Both the position numbers and the translations under genes were made by a program. From Candidatus Poribacteria bacterium (GTDB lineage Bacteria > Poribacteria > WGA-4E > WGA-3G): a stretch of 64,000 bases of DNA. Location of the stretch: assembly GCA_965205025.1 (NCBI GenBank), contig CBDBFU010000014.1:1-64000 (forward strand). The letters run 5' to 3'. Position 1 is the first letter of the stretch, and each line of letters begins with the position of its first letter. Positions 18,865-29,072 of the stretch are shown here, one piece after another. The notes below the pieces were generated by a model. That model ran no database searches, had not been told where the DNA came from, and worked only from the letters and a program-made list of their open reading frames with translations.

Positions 18865-21735
18865 ATGAGAGGAAACATGAAAAGCCTTTCTATGTTGTTA
18901 TTGCTTGGGTTAGGGCTAATCGTCACTTTTAGTGTTGTAGCTCAAGTAAAAGATAATGAAGGAACAGTCAAAATTACTGGTATTGTAATGGATGGTGAGA
19001 CAGAACTCCCGATACCAGATGTCACAATAAAAATTGTAGATACGGATATTTCAGCTAAGAGTGATGAAAATGGTGAGTTTTCTATAGAATTACCTGCAGA
19101 CACTTATACAATGCAGGTTTCTGCCCCTTTCTACAAAGCATCAAAACTTTCTGACTTTAAAGTCACAATTGAAGGGAATGCGGATGGATTAAGGGTTATT
19201 CTTGAACCACAAGTTGTGAAATTAGATGCGATCAATATGAGGGTTCGATTAAGCCAATCAGGAGAACGGGGTTTACTTGAAAGACGTATGCGGAGTTCGC
19301 GGATTGCAGACAGTATTAGTACGGAGGAAATAAGTAGATTGCCTGATTCCTCCGCAGCACAAGCCATCAAACGTGTGACAGGAGTGAGTATTGTTGGTGG
19401 TAAGTATGTGTTTGTACGGGGTTTAGGAGAACGTTATAGCAATACACTTCTAAACAATGTTGAGATACCAAGTCCTGAACCGAATCGTAGAGTTGTTCCG
19501 ATGGATATATTTCCAGCAAGTTTATTGGCAAGTCTACAGACTGTTAAGACCTTTTCACCTGACCAACCGGGAGGATTCGCTGGTGGTTCCGTCCAGGTAT
19601 TTACCAAAGATTTTCCAGAAGCGTTGATGATGTCTCTTTCTCTATCCACGGGATATAATACCCAAACAACAGGGGTGGATGGATTGACGTATCCTGGGGG
19701 TAGTCTGGATTTCTTAGGTTTTGACGATGGAACACGTGAATTACCTGAGTTGATTCAAGTTAAAGCGGACGAAATTCCGATTCGTGAACGTGGTCGTTTT
19801 TCCAAGTTCGGTTTTACTCCAACCGAGATCCAAGAGTTTGGTCGTGAATTCTCAAATATATGGTCTCCTGAACGGCAATCAATTCCGATCAATCAAGGTT
19901 ATAAATTCAGTCTTGGTAATAGTAGTAAACTTTTTGGTAAGCAATTCGGTTATCTCGGTGTCATCTCTTACGGAAATAGTCATTCCTATAACACCCAAGT
20001 TCGTAAAGATTTCCGCATAGGATTGAACGAGACGCTTTCCCCTGTTACAGACTATAGCATTGAACAGAGTGGAAATGAAGTTGATTGGGGGAGTGTCCTA
20101 AATGCCAGTTTACGTTTTTCACCAAAACACCTTATTAGTTTACGTACCCTTGCAACGCATGCTGCAGAAGATCAGACACGTACGTGGGAAGGATTTAATT
20201 CGGATAGAAATACGGATTTACGAAGTGCGCGTCTCCGATATGTTGAACGACAACTTTTTTCAGGACAATTAGCGGGTTATCATGGATTCGATTTTGGTGA
20301 ACCGGAACTGACGGGTACACCTGTAGAAGATAACACCGAATCTGTGGATATTATAGAAGAACGATCAGATTTATCTATGGAGTGGCGTTTGACTTATTCC
20401 CGTGCTGCACGTGATGAACCCGATACACGGGAAACAATCTATGAAGATAGAGGGGATGGAACCTATACATTCAGAGATGTTACGCATAGTGGTAGTCGGT
20501 TTTTCTTTGATCTTGAGGATGATGAATATAATGCCCGCGTAGATTTTTCGATGCCAGTCAAGAAAACAGGTTCCGTAAAATTGGGAGGTTTACTTCGTGA
20601 TAGAGCACGTACATTTGATGCACGTCGCTTCAGATTCTTACCGTCAGATAATGTTGATTCAACAGTTGATTTATCATCATCACCAGAGACACTTTTCAAT
20701 TCAGACAACATTGTTCCCCGTGTATTTGAGTTAAGAGAATCTACCTTGGCTACAGATAATTACCTTGCTGATCACAATATATACTCTGGTTACCTTATGT
20801 TTGATGTGCCTTTTGGTTTAAAATGGCAATTGATGACAGGTTTAAGGTTAGAATCTTCGAATCAAGTTGTTACCACCTACGATCCTTTTTCTCCGGTGTT
20901 GACACCCATTTTGTCTGATTTGGAAACCCTTGATCTGCTCCCGGGTGTGAATCTTACTTACCGTCTTACTGAAAGAATGAATTTGCGTTTTGCTGTTTCA
21001 CGTACAGTAACACGTCCCGATTTTCGTGAACTTGCGCCATTTGAATTTACCGACTTTGTTGGTGGAAGAACGATTTTGGGAAATCCTGATTTGGAGAGGA
21101 CTCTGATCAACAATTTCGATTTCCGATGGGAGGTATTCCCGAATACAGGTGGTGGTGTATTTGCTATTAGTGCCTTTTATAAAGGTTTTCAAAAACCGAT
21201 AGAACAGATTATTCAACCGCAGGCTGAAGTGCGGATAACATACGAAAATGCAGAAGCTGCGAATAACTATGGAATAGAATTTGAAGCGCGGCAGAATTTG
21301 AGCATTATCTCACCCAAATTGAAGACGTTTTCAATCAATACAAACGCAGCCTTCATTTCTTCCAGAGTTGTTCTCCCTGATGATGTAGGTATTCAAACAT
21401 CTTCAGAACGTGCTTTACAGGGACAGTGTCCATATATCATAAATTTATCTATCGGGTATGATAACCCGAACTGGGATATAGCAAGTTCTGTTGCCTATAA
21501 CATATATGGACGCCGACTTTCTGATGTAGGAAATCATGGTGCCCCAGATGTGTTTGAACAACCACGTGGAGAATTAGATTTAAGTTTCAGTCGGAAAGTG
21601 GCAGGGGCATACAAATTTAGTTTTTCAGCCAAGAATTTACTTGATCCAGAGGTGGCATTCGAACAAGGTGATGAATCTTCGGTAAGTTATAAAATGGGTA
21701 GATCCTTCTCATTTGGGATCAGTTATGACCTTTAG
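18865..21735 (+). CDS. TonB-dependent receptor with N-terminal carboxypeptidase-regulatory-like domain
   Basis: Signal peptide; plug (AIKRVTGVS, VFVRGLGERYS); barrel motifs RPDFRELAPF and GNPDL; C-terminal FGISYDL. Confidence 0.95.
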   Translation: MRGNMKSLSMLLLLGLGLIVTFSVVAQVKDNEGTVKITGIVMDGETELPIPDVTIKIVDTDISAKSDENGEFSIELPADTYTMQVSAPFYKASKLSDFKVTIEGNADGLRVILEPQVVKLDAINMRVRLSQSGERGLLERRMRSSRIADSISTEEISRLPDSSAAQAIKRVTGVSIVGGKYVFVRGLGERYSNTLLNNVEIPSPEPNRRVVPMDIFPASLLASLQTVKTFSPDQPGGFAGGSVQVFTKDFPEALMMSLSLSTGYNTQTTGVDGLTYPGGSLDFLGFDDGTRELPELIQVKADEIPIRERGRFSKFGFTPTEIQEFGREFSNIWSPERQSIPINQGYKFSLGNSSKLFGKQFGYLGVISYGNSHSYNTQVRKDFRIGLNETLSPVTDYSIEQSGNEVDWGSVLNASLRFSPKHLISLRTLATHAAEDQTRTWEGFNSDRNTDLRSARLRYVERQLFSGQLAGYHGFDFGEPELTGTPVEDNTESVDIIEERSDLSMEWRLTYSRAARDEPDTRETIYEDRGDGTYTFRDVTHSGSRFFFDLEDDEYNARVDFSMPVKKTGSVKLGGLLRDRARTFDARRFRFLPSDNVDSTVDLSSSPETLFNSDNIVPRVFELRESTLATDNYLADHNIYSGYLMFDVPFGLKWQLMTGLRLESSNQVVTTYDPFSPVLTPILSDLETLDLLPGVNLTYRLTERMNLRFAVSRTVTRPDFRELAPFEFTDFVGGRTILGNPDLERTLINNFDFRWEVFPNTGGGVFAISAFYKGFQKPIEQIIQPQAEVRITYENAEAANNYGIEFEARQNLSIISPKLKTFSINTNAAFISSRVVLPDDVGIQTSSERALQGQCPYIINLSIGYDNPNWDIASSVAYNIYGRRLSDVGNHGAPDVFEQPRGELDLSFSRKVAGAYKFSFSAKNLLDPEVAFEQGDESSVSYKMGRSFSFGISYDL

Positions 21736-21775
21736 ATTGTTATGGATGATACCCTATTTCATAGTTGGATACATA

Positions 21776-21829
21776 GTCAAAAATCGTTAATAAAAAGTCA
21801 AAACCTTGTCAGATTTTTGTAATATTTAA
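21776..21829 (+). promoter_or_regulatory. Pho-box-like direct repeats at 11-bp spacing
   Basis: GTTAA (21786), GTCAA (21797), GTCAG (21808), GTAAT (21819), plus GTCAA at 21776; a TATTAT -10-like hexamer follows at 21834. Confidence 0.55.
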
Positions 21830-21949
21830 TGGGTATTATATTATTGATCGAAATCACAGAAGTGATGTATCAAAATTTGAATAAAGATTAGATAATCACC
21901 CATTCGTGAAATAGAATGGAGATAAAAATGAAGGAGCTTCGTAAAGCTA

Positions 21950-23299
21950 ATGTCATATTTAGTGTGTAATCTGAGATCTGAATGGAAACAGAAAAATTTC
22001 AATTGGTTACTTCAGTTAATGGTTGTTTTCGGAATTGTGTTAACATTAGTTGTTTTTGGATGTGGAAGTGACGATGTGGAGGATGAAGTTGTAACTTTAC
22101 CCGAGGAGACAATCTTTATTGAGGGACGTGAAGTTGTTGTTCTTCAAGGAAAGTTGACGGAAGATAGAACACTTTCATCGGACTACGATTATCTTTTACG
22201 GGGAGCAGTGTTTGTTAATGATGGTGTGACACTGACGATAGAACCCGGTGTTACGGTTTATGGAGAACAGGTTCAAAATGGGACATTGATTGTTGCCCAA
22301 GGCGGTAAGATAATGGCTGAAGGCACAGTGGATGCTCCTATAGTCATGACAAGTGATGCTGTCATTGGATCACGTGCGCGCGGACAATGGGGTGGTCTCA
22401 TCATCAATGGTAAAGCACCAACCAACCAAGGTGTAACATTTGGTGAAGGTGATACGGGTGCATTTGGTGGTACAGATCCCAACGATAACAGTGGAGTATT
22501 ACGGTATGTTCGTATAGAATATGCGGGTATCGAATTCAGTCCTGATAATGAGTTGAACGGTATTGCCTTACAAGGAGTTGGATCCGGAACTGTTATTGAA
22601 TATGTGCAGGTACACATGAACCAAGATGATGGTATTGAGATGTTTGGTGGTACAGTCAACCTCAAATATGCTTTTGTTACCGGTTCACGTGACGATTCAT
22701 TTGACTGGACTGACGGATGGACAGGTAAAGGACAATTTTGGGTTGCGCAGCAGTATGGAGACGATGCAGATAACGGGTTTGAAAATGATAACAGTAGTAA
22801 AGATAATGAAGCCACTCCACGTTCTGCCCCAACGATTTATAATGCCACACTCGTTGGAGATCCTGATGGTCCAGAAAGTGATAACGGCATGCTGGTTCGT
22901 GAAGGTGCAGCCGGGATGTATGCTAATTTTATTGTTACCGGTTTTAACAAAGTTGGACTTGATGTGAACAATGCGTCTACACATAAGCAAGCGGACGATG
23001 GTAATTTAGTTGTTAAAAACAGCATTTTCTTTGAAAATGGAAAAGCTAACTTTGGGGATGAAAAGGATGATGATGGTTTTGATGAAGCTGCATGGGCAAA
23101 GGGTCTTGATAACTATGAGACAGACCCGAAACTTGCAGATGCATTCAACAAGGATAACCCCAATTTTACATCAGGTGCTACTGGTGTAACACCCGCTTCA
23201 CCCCCGTCAGATGGTTTCTTTGAAGCAGTTAACTTTATCGGGGGTGTAAGTTCATCCAAAAATTGGACACAAGGTTGGACAACGAGTGCTCGAAATTAA
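21950..23299 (+). CDS. Lipoprotein, beta-helix-like, of the type found next to TonB-dependent receptors
   Basis: Lipobox VFGC; TLTIEPG, GQWGGLII, DNSGVLRYVRIEYAG, NQDDGIEMFGG, DDSFDWTDGW. Exact start uncertain. Confidence 0.82.
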   Translation: MSYLVCNLRSEWKQKNFNWLLQLMVVFGIVLTLVVFGCGSDDVEDEVVTLPEETIFIEGREVVVLQGKLTEDRTLSSDYDYLLRGAVFVNDGVTLTIEPGVTVYGEQVQNGTLIVAQGGKIMAEGTVDAPIVMTSDAVIGSRARGQWGGLIINGKAPTNQGVTFGEGDTGAFGGTDPNDNSGVLRYVRIEYAGIEFSPDNELNGIALQGVGSGTVIEYVQVHMNQDDGIEMFGGTVNLKYAFVTGSRDDSFDWTDGWTGKGQFWVAQQYGDDADNGFENDNSSKDNEATPRSAPTIYNATLVGDPDGPESDNGMLVREGAAGMYANFIVTGFNKVGLDVNNASTHKQADDGNLVVKNSIFFENGKANFGDEKDDDGFDEAAWAKGLDNYETDPKLADAFNKDNPNFTSGATGVTPASPPSDGFFEAVNFIGGVSSSKNWTQGWTTSARN

Positions 23300-23810
23300 A
23301 AAGTGTAGTACTACAATCTCTGCTTGGTGCGTCCCATCTCACATTGCAACTGCAGTTTTACTGTTTAGCATTTGTTTGATGTCGTGTCAGCAGCAAGTAT
23401 GGGAAAAAAGTCTCGACTCGCCAGACCAACTCGGTCTGGCAGTCGTTGACGCTCTTAATAGTAAAAATATTGAAAAGTTAAATGAGTATCGTGTGCAACG
23501 TGGTGAATATCTATCTTGGGTATTACCTGCATTTCCTAAGAGTGGTTTTTCACCAGATTTTGCTTGGGCAAATCTAAATAAGAAGTGTAATGTTGGTATG
23601 AGAAGATGGATTGACCGGTTCGGTGGTCGAAACCTACGCTTTGTGGAAATGCGTTTTGATAAACCAACGCAAACTTATAATGGATTTGAGCTTTTACGAG
23701 GAACGGTCTTGAGACTAAAAAACGCAACAGGACAGGAATTAGATTTGAAGATTCTCGGTTCTGTTGTTAAGAAGCATGACAGATATAAACTACTAAGTTA
23801 TGATGATTAA
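23286..23810 (+). CDS. Hypothetical lipoprotein
   Basis: 174-aa ORF in operon order with lipobox-like LMSC; start uncertain. Confidence 0.65.
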   Translation: MLEIKKCSTTISAWCVPSHIATAVLLFSICLMSCQQQVWEKSLDSPDQLGLAVVDALNSKNIEKLNEYRVQRGEYLSWVLPAFPKSGFSPDFAWANLNKKCNVGMRRWIDRFGGRNLRFVEMRFDKPTQTYNGFELLRGTVLRLKNATGQELDLKILGSVVKKHDRYKLLSYDD

Positions 23811-23875
23811 TCTCAATAGAATTTAGGTACGAATAAACTGATAACGATAAACCAAAACCATGGAGGAATATATTA

Positions 23876-24883
23876 ATGAGTTACATATTATCCAAAAATA
23901 TGGATAAGAAACGTAAGAGAAAACGACAAAGGAAAATGGCTGCAAATACCACAGGACAAAAAGCCCCAAATGTAGCCAAAAAAATGGTGTCTCCACACAC
24001 TTCTGAAGTTGCACTTACTCTGATAGATGTACAACGTCAAAATCGGCAAGCAACTCAAAAGTGGAAGGTAAAAGCCAGAAAATTTGCTTTTAGTTTGGCA
24101 GTGGGTCTCCATGCAATTGCTATTATTGCTTTTGGTATTTGGTTTATTAAGAAGACTGTTTTACAGATGGATGAAGATAAAATTGAAGGTATTGTCGTTC
24201 AGGAATCCCAACCGCAGAATAAACGTGCTATAACCCCCCGGAAGGCACAAAAAGCGGTTAAACCGAAAGCTGTTAAAGTAGTTGCCCCCCAGAGAACGGC
24301 TGTTGTTACAAGCGCAAACCTTAAGGCATCTCCAACAGATTTCACTATACCTATGGCAGAGATATTACCTGAAACTCCAAAAGAATTCACGGCTATGGGG
24401 TATGAAACCAATATGAAGGTACAATCTCGACAGATAGAGATCGTCTCTGCTGTACCGAAATTTGAGATGCCAAAATTTGAAAATACTGCGTTATCTATGA
24501 ATATGGATACAGGTGATAGTTTAGCGGTTATGGATTTTGATGTATCAGAAAATCTTGGATTAGCAGTGACAGATTTTGGCGAAACGAAACAGACCTTCTC
24601 AGAATTTCTAAGGCTTGTCAGGGAACGGATTAAAGAGTTTCAACGTTTTCCACCCAGTGTAAGTAAATTAGAAGAGGGAACAACTGCCACGATTCGGTTT
24701 ACACTTTATAAAGATGGAACGATTCGTGAACCAAAGGTATTAACCTCATCAGGTTCACGGGTATTGGATAACGCAGCCTTGTCGGCAGTCCAAAATGCCG
24801 AACCGTATCCTCCATTTCCAGATAGTCATTTGGCAAACAGTATACGACTGGAACTACCGATTATATTTCAGCAACTTAACTAA
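23876..24883 (+). CDS. Energy transducer TonB family protein
   Basis: TM segment FSLAVGLHAIA; C-terminal TonB domain (EGTTATIRFTL, SSGSRVLDNAALSAVQNAEPYPPFP). Confidence 0.88.
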   Translation: MSYILSKNMDKKRKRKRQRKMAANTTGQKAPNVAKKMVSPHTSEVALTLIDVQRQNRQATQKWKVKARKFAFSLAVGLHAIAIIAFGIWFIKKTVLQMDEDKIEGIVVQESQPQNKRAITPRKAQKAVKPKAVKVVAPQRTAVVTSANLKASPTDFTIPMAEILPETPKEFTAMGYETNMKVQSRQIEIVSAVPKFEMPKFENTALSMNMDTGDSLAVMDFDVSENLGLAVTDFGETKQTFSEFLRLVRERIKEFQRFPPSVSKLEEGTTATIRFTLYKDGTIREPKVLTSSGSRVLDNAALSAVQNAEPYPPFPDSHLANSIRLELPIIFQQLN

Positions 24884-25045
24884 ATTGTAAGGTAGATAAC
24901 TATTAATTAAGGTTTGGACAATTCGTATCCGTTTAATACTGAGTTAAACAGATATGAATTGTCCATTTTTTATTTAGTTATACCAATGTTACTTAATTCG
25001 TTTATATTAATAGCAGAATGGAAAAGCCAATTTAGTTTAAAAAGA

Positions 25046-25175
25046 TTCTATAAACATTTCGTCCCGATGCGACTCAAAAGAATGGATAAACACGTTTTCT
25101 ATAGACATTCCGTCCCTACGGGACTCGACAATATGTTGACAGATTTTCTATAAACATTCCGTCCCTACGGGACTC
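25046..25175 (+). repeat. Three copies of a 30-bp REP-like palindromic unit
   Basis: Consensus TTCTATAAACATTCCGTCCCTACGGGACTC at 25046, 25097 and 25146; spacers 21 and 19 nt; internal hairpin GTCCC-TAC-GGGAC. Confidence 0.85.
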
Positions 25176-25225
25176 ATGATATAATTGGAATAAACGTTCT
25201 TTCTCTACACAAAACCATAATTCCC

Positions 25226-25255
25226 TTGACACTATCAATATATTCTCAATATAAT
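25226..25255 (+). promoter_or_regulatory. Sigma-70-type promoter
   Basis: TTGACA-18 nt-TATAAT upstream of 25296. Confidence 0.65.
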
Positions 25256-25295
25256 TTTGAGAAAAATTAATCGTGGTTAGTGGAGGATACAGTCA

Positions 25296-26504
25296 ATGGC
25301 AAAAACAGTATATATTGTGGGAACGATGGACACAAAAGGGGTAGAATTCGGATTCATAAAAGCACAAATTGAAGATAGTGGTGTCTCAACATGTGTCGTG
25401 AATACAGGTATTTTAGGGGTTCCAGAATTAATACCAGATGTTTCAGCTGATGAGGTAGCACAAGCAGGGAATTCCTCCTTAGAAGCACTCAGAGACGAAG
25501 GAGATCGTGGCAACAGTGTCACTGTGATGGCACAAGGTGCAGCGACATTAATTGCAGAAAGGCATGCTGCTGGTGAAGTTGATGGTATTATATCCCTCGG
25601 AGGTTCAGCAGGAACAACTATTGGAACTACAGCAATGCAGGCGTTACCTGTCGGTGTTCCCAAACTGATGGTATCAACTTTAGCTTCAGGAGATACAAGT
25701 CCGTATGTTCAATCTAAAGATATTTGTATGATGTATTCTGTTGTTGACATTGCTGGAATTAACCGTTTATCCCGTCAAATTCTTGCTAATGCTGCGGGTG
25801 CTATTGTAGGAATGGTTAATACTAAGGTGTCTGAAGCAGTCGATGACAAACCCCTTATTGCAGCTACCATGTTTGGTGTGACAACACCTTGTGTGACGAA
25901 GGCGCGAGAAATATTGGAATCTGCGGGGTATGAAGTTCTCGTATTTCATGCCACTGGAACGGGTGGGCGTGCAATGGAAGATCTTGTTAAGGGTGGGTTT
26001 CTTGCAGGTGTGTTGGATGTGACAACAACAGAACTTGCTGATGAATTAGTTGGTGGAATTCTGAGTGCTGGTCCTGAACGTTTGGAAGCTGCAGGACAAG
26101 TAGGTTTACCACAAGTTGTTGCGCCGGGTGCATTGGATATGGTGAATTTTGGTCCGCCTGATACAGTTCCAGATAAGTTCAGTAACAGACAATTTTATCA
26201 ACATAATCCAACAGTTACACTCATGCGTACGACCCCTGAAGAAACAGCAGAATTAGGCAAAATCATGGCGAGTAAACTCAACGAAGCTATAGGACCTACA
26301 ACAGTATTGATTCCTACCCATGGTGTATCCGCAATCGATAAAACTGATCAACCTTTTGATTCTCCTGAAGCACGGGATGCTTGGCGTGAAAATTTGAAAG
26401 CAAACATCGGTGAGAATGTCACTGTAATTGAGATGGATGCACATATTAATGATGATGAATTTGCGACTAAACTTGCAGAGACACTGTTATCCAGTTTGAA
26501 ATAA
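25296..26504 (+). CDS. Tm-1-like ATP-binding domain protein (UPF0261)
   Basis: GTMDTKGVE, SLGGSAGT, ATMFGVTTPCV, VFHATGTGGRAME, GALDMVNFG, HNPTVTLMRT; GGAGG RBS. Confidence 0.93.
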   Translation: MAKTVYIVGTMDTKGVEFGFIKAQIEDSGVSTCVVNTGILGVPELIPDVSADEVAQAGNSSLEALRDEGDRGNSVTVMAQGAATLIAERHAAGEVDGIISLGGSAGTTIGTTAMQALPVGVPKLMVSTLASGDTSPYVQSKDICMMYSVVDIAGINRLSRQILANAAGAIVGMVNTKVSEAVDDKPLIAATMFGVTTPCVTKAREILESAGYEVLVFHATGTGGRAMEDLVKGGFLAGVLDVTTTELADELVGGILSAGPERLEAAGQVGLPQVVAPGALDMVNFGPPDTVPDKFSNRQFYQHNPTVTLMRTTPEETAELGKIMASKLNEAIGPTTVLIPTHGVSAIDKTDQPFDSPEARDAWRENLKANIGENVTVIEMDAHINDDEFATKLAETLLSSLK

Positions 26505-26510
26505 GAGATA

Positions 26511-27017
26511 ATGATGGATCATACTATGTATATAAAGACTCAGAACAAGGGTATTATAAACACTCTTCATTTTGATAGAGTTGATGTTTATAGGGAATCA
26601 GATGATTCATATAGTATAAGAGCATATACTAATCCGATTCCTAATTCTATTGATCATGAGTCTATAGTTATTGCAAAATTTGATAAGCGAGAAGATGCAT
26701 ACAATTCGTTTTTAAATCTATGGAATTCTCTCATGTCTCAAGCTAAAACGTGGAGTCCTGATTGTGTTCCCTGTTTTTCTGAGATGTGGCAGAAAGTGAT
26801 AGATCTGGAAATAGAAAAGAATGGTGATGAATTCGTAGAAAGCTTGAAGGTAGAAATAATAGCTTTGAATAGTTTCACGATAACACATCCAAGTAAGTAT
26901 GTATCAGATAGTGCGAAACTGAACGATCTGAAAATGGCGGTAGCAGAATCCATGGAACAGGTGTTCGGTCTTGAACCTATAATAAATTGGGAAGATGAGG
27001 AGGAATTACCAGAATGA
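26511..27017 (+). CDS. Hypothetical protein
   Basis: 168-aa ORF directly after the Tm-1-like gene; no motif recognised. Confidence 0.65.
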   Translation: MMDHTMYIKTQNKGIINTLHFDRVDVYRESDDSYSIRAYTNPIPNSIDHESIVIAKFDKREDAYNSFLNLWNSLMSQAKTWSPDCVPCFSEMWQKVIDLEIEKNGDEFVESLKVEIIALNSFTITHPSKYVSDSAKLNDLKMAVAESMEQVFGLEPIINWEDEEELPE

Positions 27018-27275
27018 AACTATTTAGCTGTCCCAAAATCTTATAGAAAATTTTCTTCTGGAGAAGTAATAACACGAATACGATTTTCTCGCCCTGGTTG
27101 GTACGGTTTCTAACCCCCCGAATTTTCCTTAGGATGGTTGGCATGACTAATTAATCCAAACTAATTGCATGTATATTTGTAATATTATTTCGTTTGTGTT
27201 ACACTTATTGAACTTGTATAGGATGACACATTGATACATGTTATGCGATTGTTAAGATAGAGAGTAAGAAGGTTT

Positions 27276-27749
27276 ATGGCAATTATTTACACAGATGAGG
27301 AAATAAATGAGTTAATAAATGAGCCGAAACCTTTACCTGAAGAATGGAAAACTGATATATACATACTGGATCATATGGAGATTAAAGGTGATAAAGGCAA
27401 TCAATTCAGAATAACTGTCAGAATAGATAAGGAAAACCCTTTAGACTTTTCTGTTATATTGGGTGTAATTCACCCCTTCACAACATTGGTATTCCGACTC
27501 CGTAGATATAATGGAAAGACTAACCCTCATAAAAATAGGATTGAAGGCAATGAAGTAGCAGGTTTTCATATCCACGAAGCGACAGAACGGTATCAGGATA
27601 GAGGGCAAAAAGAGGATGCTTACGCAGTTGAGACGGACCGTTATAGCGATGTAGAAGGTGCAATTGCTTGTCTCATAACTGATGCGAATTGTGTAGAACC
27701 TGAAGAGACACAGTTAAATATATTTGAGGATCTTAACAATGAAAATTAA
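27276..27749 (+). CDS. Hypothetical protein, DUF6978-like partner of DUF1828 proteins
   Basis: LINEPKPLP...DFSVILG...LRRYNGK..HKNRIE...FHIHEATERYQ; overlaps the next gene. Confidence 0.7.
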   Translation: MAIIYTDEEINELINEPKPLPEEWKTDIYILDHMEIKGDKGNQFRITVRIDKENPLDFSVILGVIHPFTTLVFRLRRYNGKTNPHKNRIEGNEVAGFHIHEATERYQDRGQKEDAYAVETDRYSDVEGAIACLITDANCVEPEETQLNIFEDLNNEN

Positions 27750-28509
27750 TAACATCAAACAGGAATTTATTACAAAAGTAGGCACAAAAATAAAACTGAT
27801 AGAGGAAGGTGAGGATCGATTCAGAATACTATCACCTTTCCAGTTTGATGATGGTGATCAATTAGTAATAATTCTGAAAAAAGTTGGCAACAAATGGGTT
27901 TTGTCAGACGAAAGACATACCTTCAGACACATGACTTATGAATTAGATGAAAAACAACTTTTTAAAGGCACACGTAGGCAAATTATTGAAAATGCTTTAT
28001 CAATGTTTGATATTATAAATCGTAATGGAGAACTGTGGTTAGATGTATCAGATGGCAACTTCGGTGATGCGTTTTTTGATTTTGTTCAATCTATTCTAAA
28101 GATAACAGATATAACTTACTTGTCTAAAGTTCAAACGAGATCACCATTTATGCAAGAGTTTCACAATCTCCTGTTCAACCATGTCGGAGATGCCAACACA
28201 GATTTTGAATGGTTTGATTCAGAAATTGACAAGAAAGGTATTTATAAGGTAGATTGCAAAATAGATAGCAACCAAAAACCCATATTCGCTTATGCTATTA
28301 ACAATGATCGTAAAACCCGTGATGTAATCATTGCTCTACACCAATTCAACGCATGGGGACTTAACTATCGTCCGTTAGGTATTTTTGAAGGGAGAAAGAA
28401 GCCCGGTGTTAGTGTATTAGAACGTTTCGTTCATGTTTGTGACGAGTATTTTATAGGTATCAATGAAAGTTATGCAAGTATATTAAGTTATATTGATACG
28501 TACAGCTGA
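27739..28509 (+). CDS. DUF1828-like domain protein
   Basis: ILSPFQFDDGDQLVIILKK...WVLSDERHT, typical of the DUF1828 N-terminus; ATG at 27739 overlaps the upstream gene. Confidence 0.75.
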   Translation: MKINNIKQEFITKVGTKIKLIEEGEDRFRILSPFQFDDGDQLVIILKKVGNKWVLSDERHTFRHMTYELDEKQLFKGTRRQIIENALSMFDIINRNGELWLDVSDGNFGDAFFDFVQSILKITDITYLSKVQTRSPFMQEFHNLLFNHVGDANTDFEWFDSEIDKKGIYKVDCKIDSNQKPIFAYAINNDRKTRDVIIALHQFNAWGLNYRPLGIFEGRKKPGVSVLERFVHVCDEYFIGINESYASILSYIDTYS

Positions 28510-28535
28510 AGTACAAATAAATTTCCTAATATTAT

Positions 28536-28576
28536 AACCTCAAGCCATGTATTCTGGACTTGGGGTTTTCTTTTTA
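28536..28576 (+). terminator. Intrinsic terminator
   Basis: AACCTCAAG-CCA...TGG-A-CTTGGGGTT stem followed by TTCTTTTT. Confidence 0.65.
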
Positions 28577-29072
28577 AGGAGAAAACGCAACTCCTAAATT
28601 ACCGCAATTCCATATTGTGAAGCGAAGGCAGGAACTTCCAATCGTTCAGTTATTCCTCTAATTTATCCTTAATCCACATGATTCCCGTGGACATCTTAAC
28701 CACGCTATCTGTCCCACGGTTCTGTTTTCAAGCGAACACGTTGATTCTCTGTCCAAGCCGAGTGCTAAACACTTCAATTCTTACATTGATATTCGCTTCA
28801 AACCTTTCATGTTCTTTTACGGAAATTCATGGAATTCAAGATTCTGACAGACAAGGAACCCACAGCCAAAAACAAATAACTTACACAGAACTCACGGTTT
28901 TAATGTATTAATTCTATTAGAATCAGAATCAAGCAATTCAACAGGTAATTATGGTATAAGATCCCGTTTCCAAATAACATCGCTTAGTGTTGGCATAATT
29001 CAATAATTTGATGGATTAACTAATTTGTTAATACTACAATATCATACATATTCTTAAAAGGAGGATTTATTA

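Noticed and set aside
22273-22815. 180-aa minus-strand ORF and the many other short ORFs antisense to long genes
   Set aside because: Fully antisense to well-supported CDSs with no motifs; typical shadow frames.
25046-25175. CRISPR array
   Set aside because: Only three units, spacers of 19-21 nt, no cas genes or leader; the unit looks like a REP palindrome.
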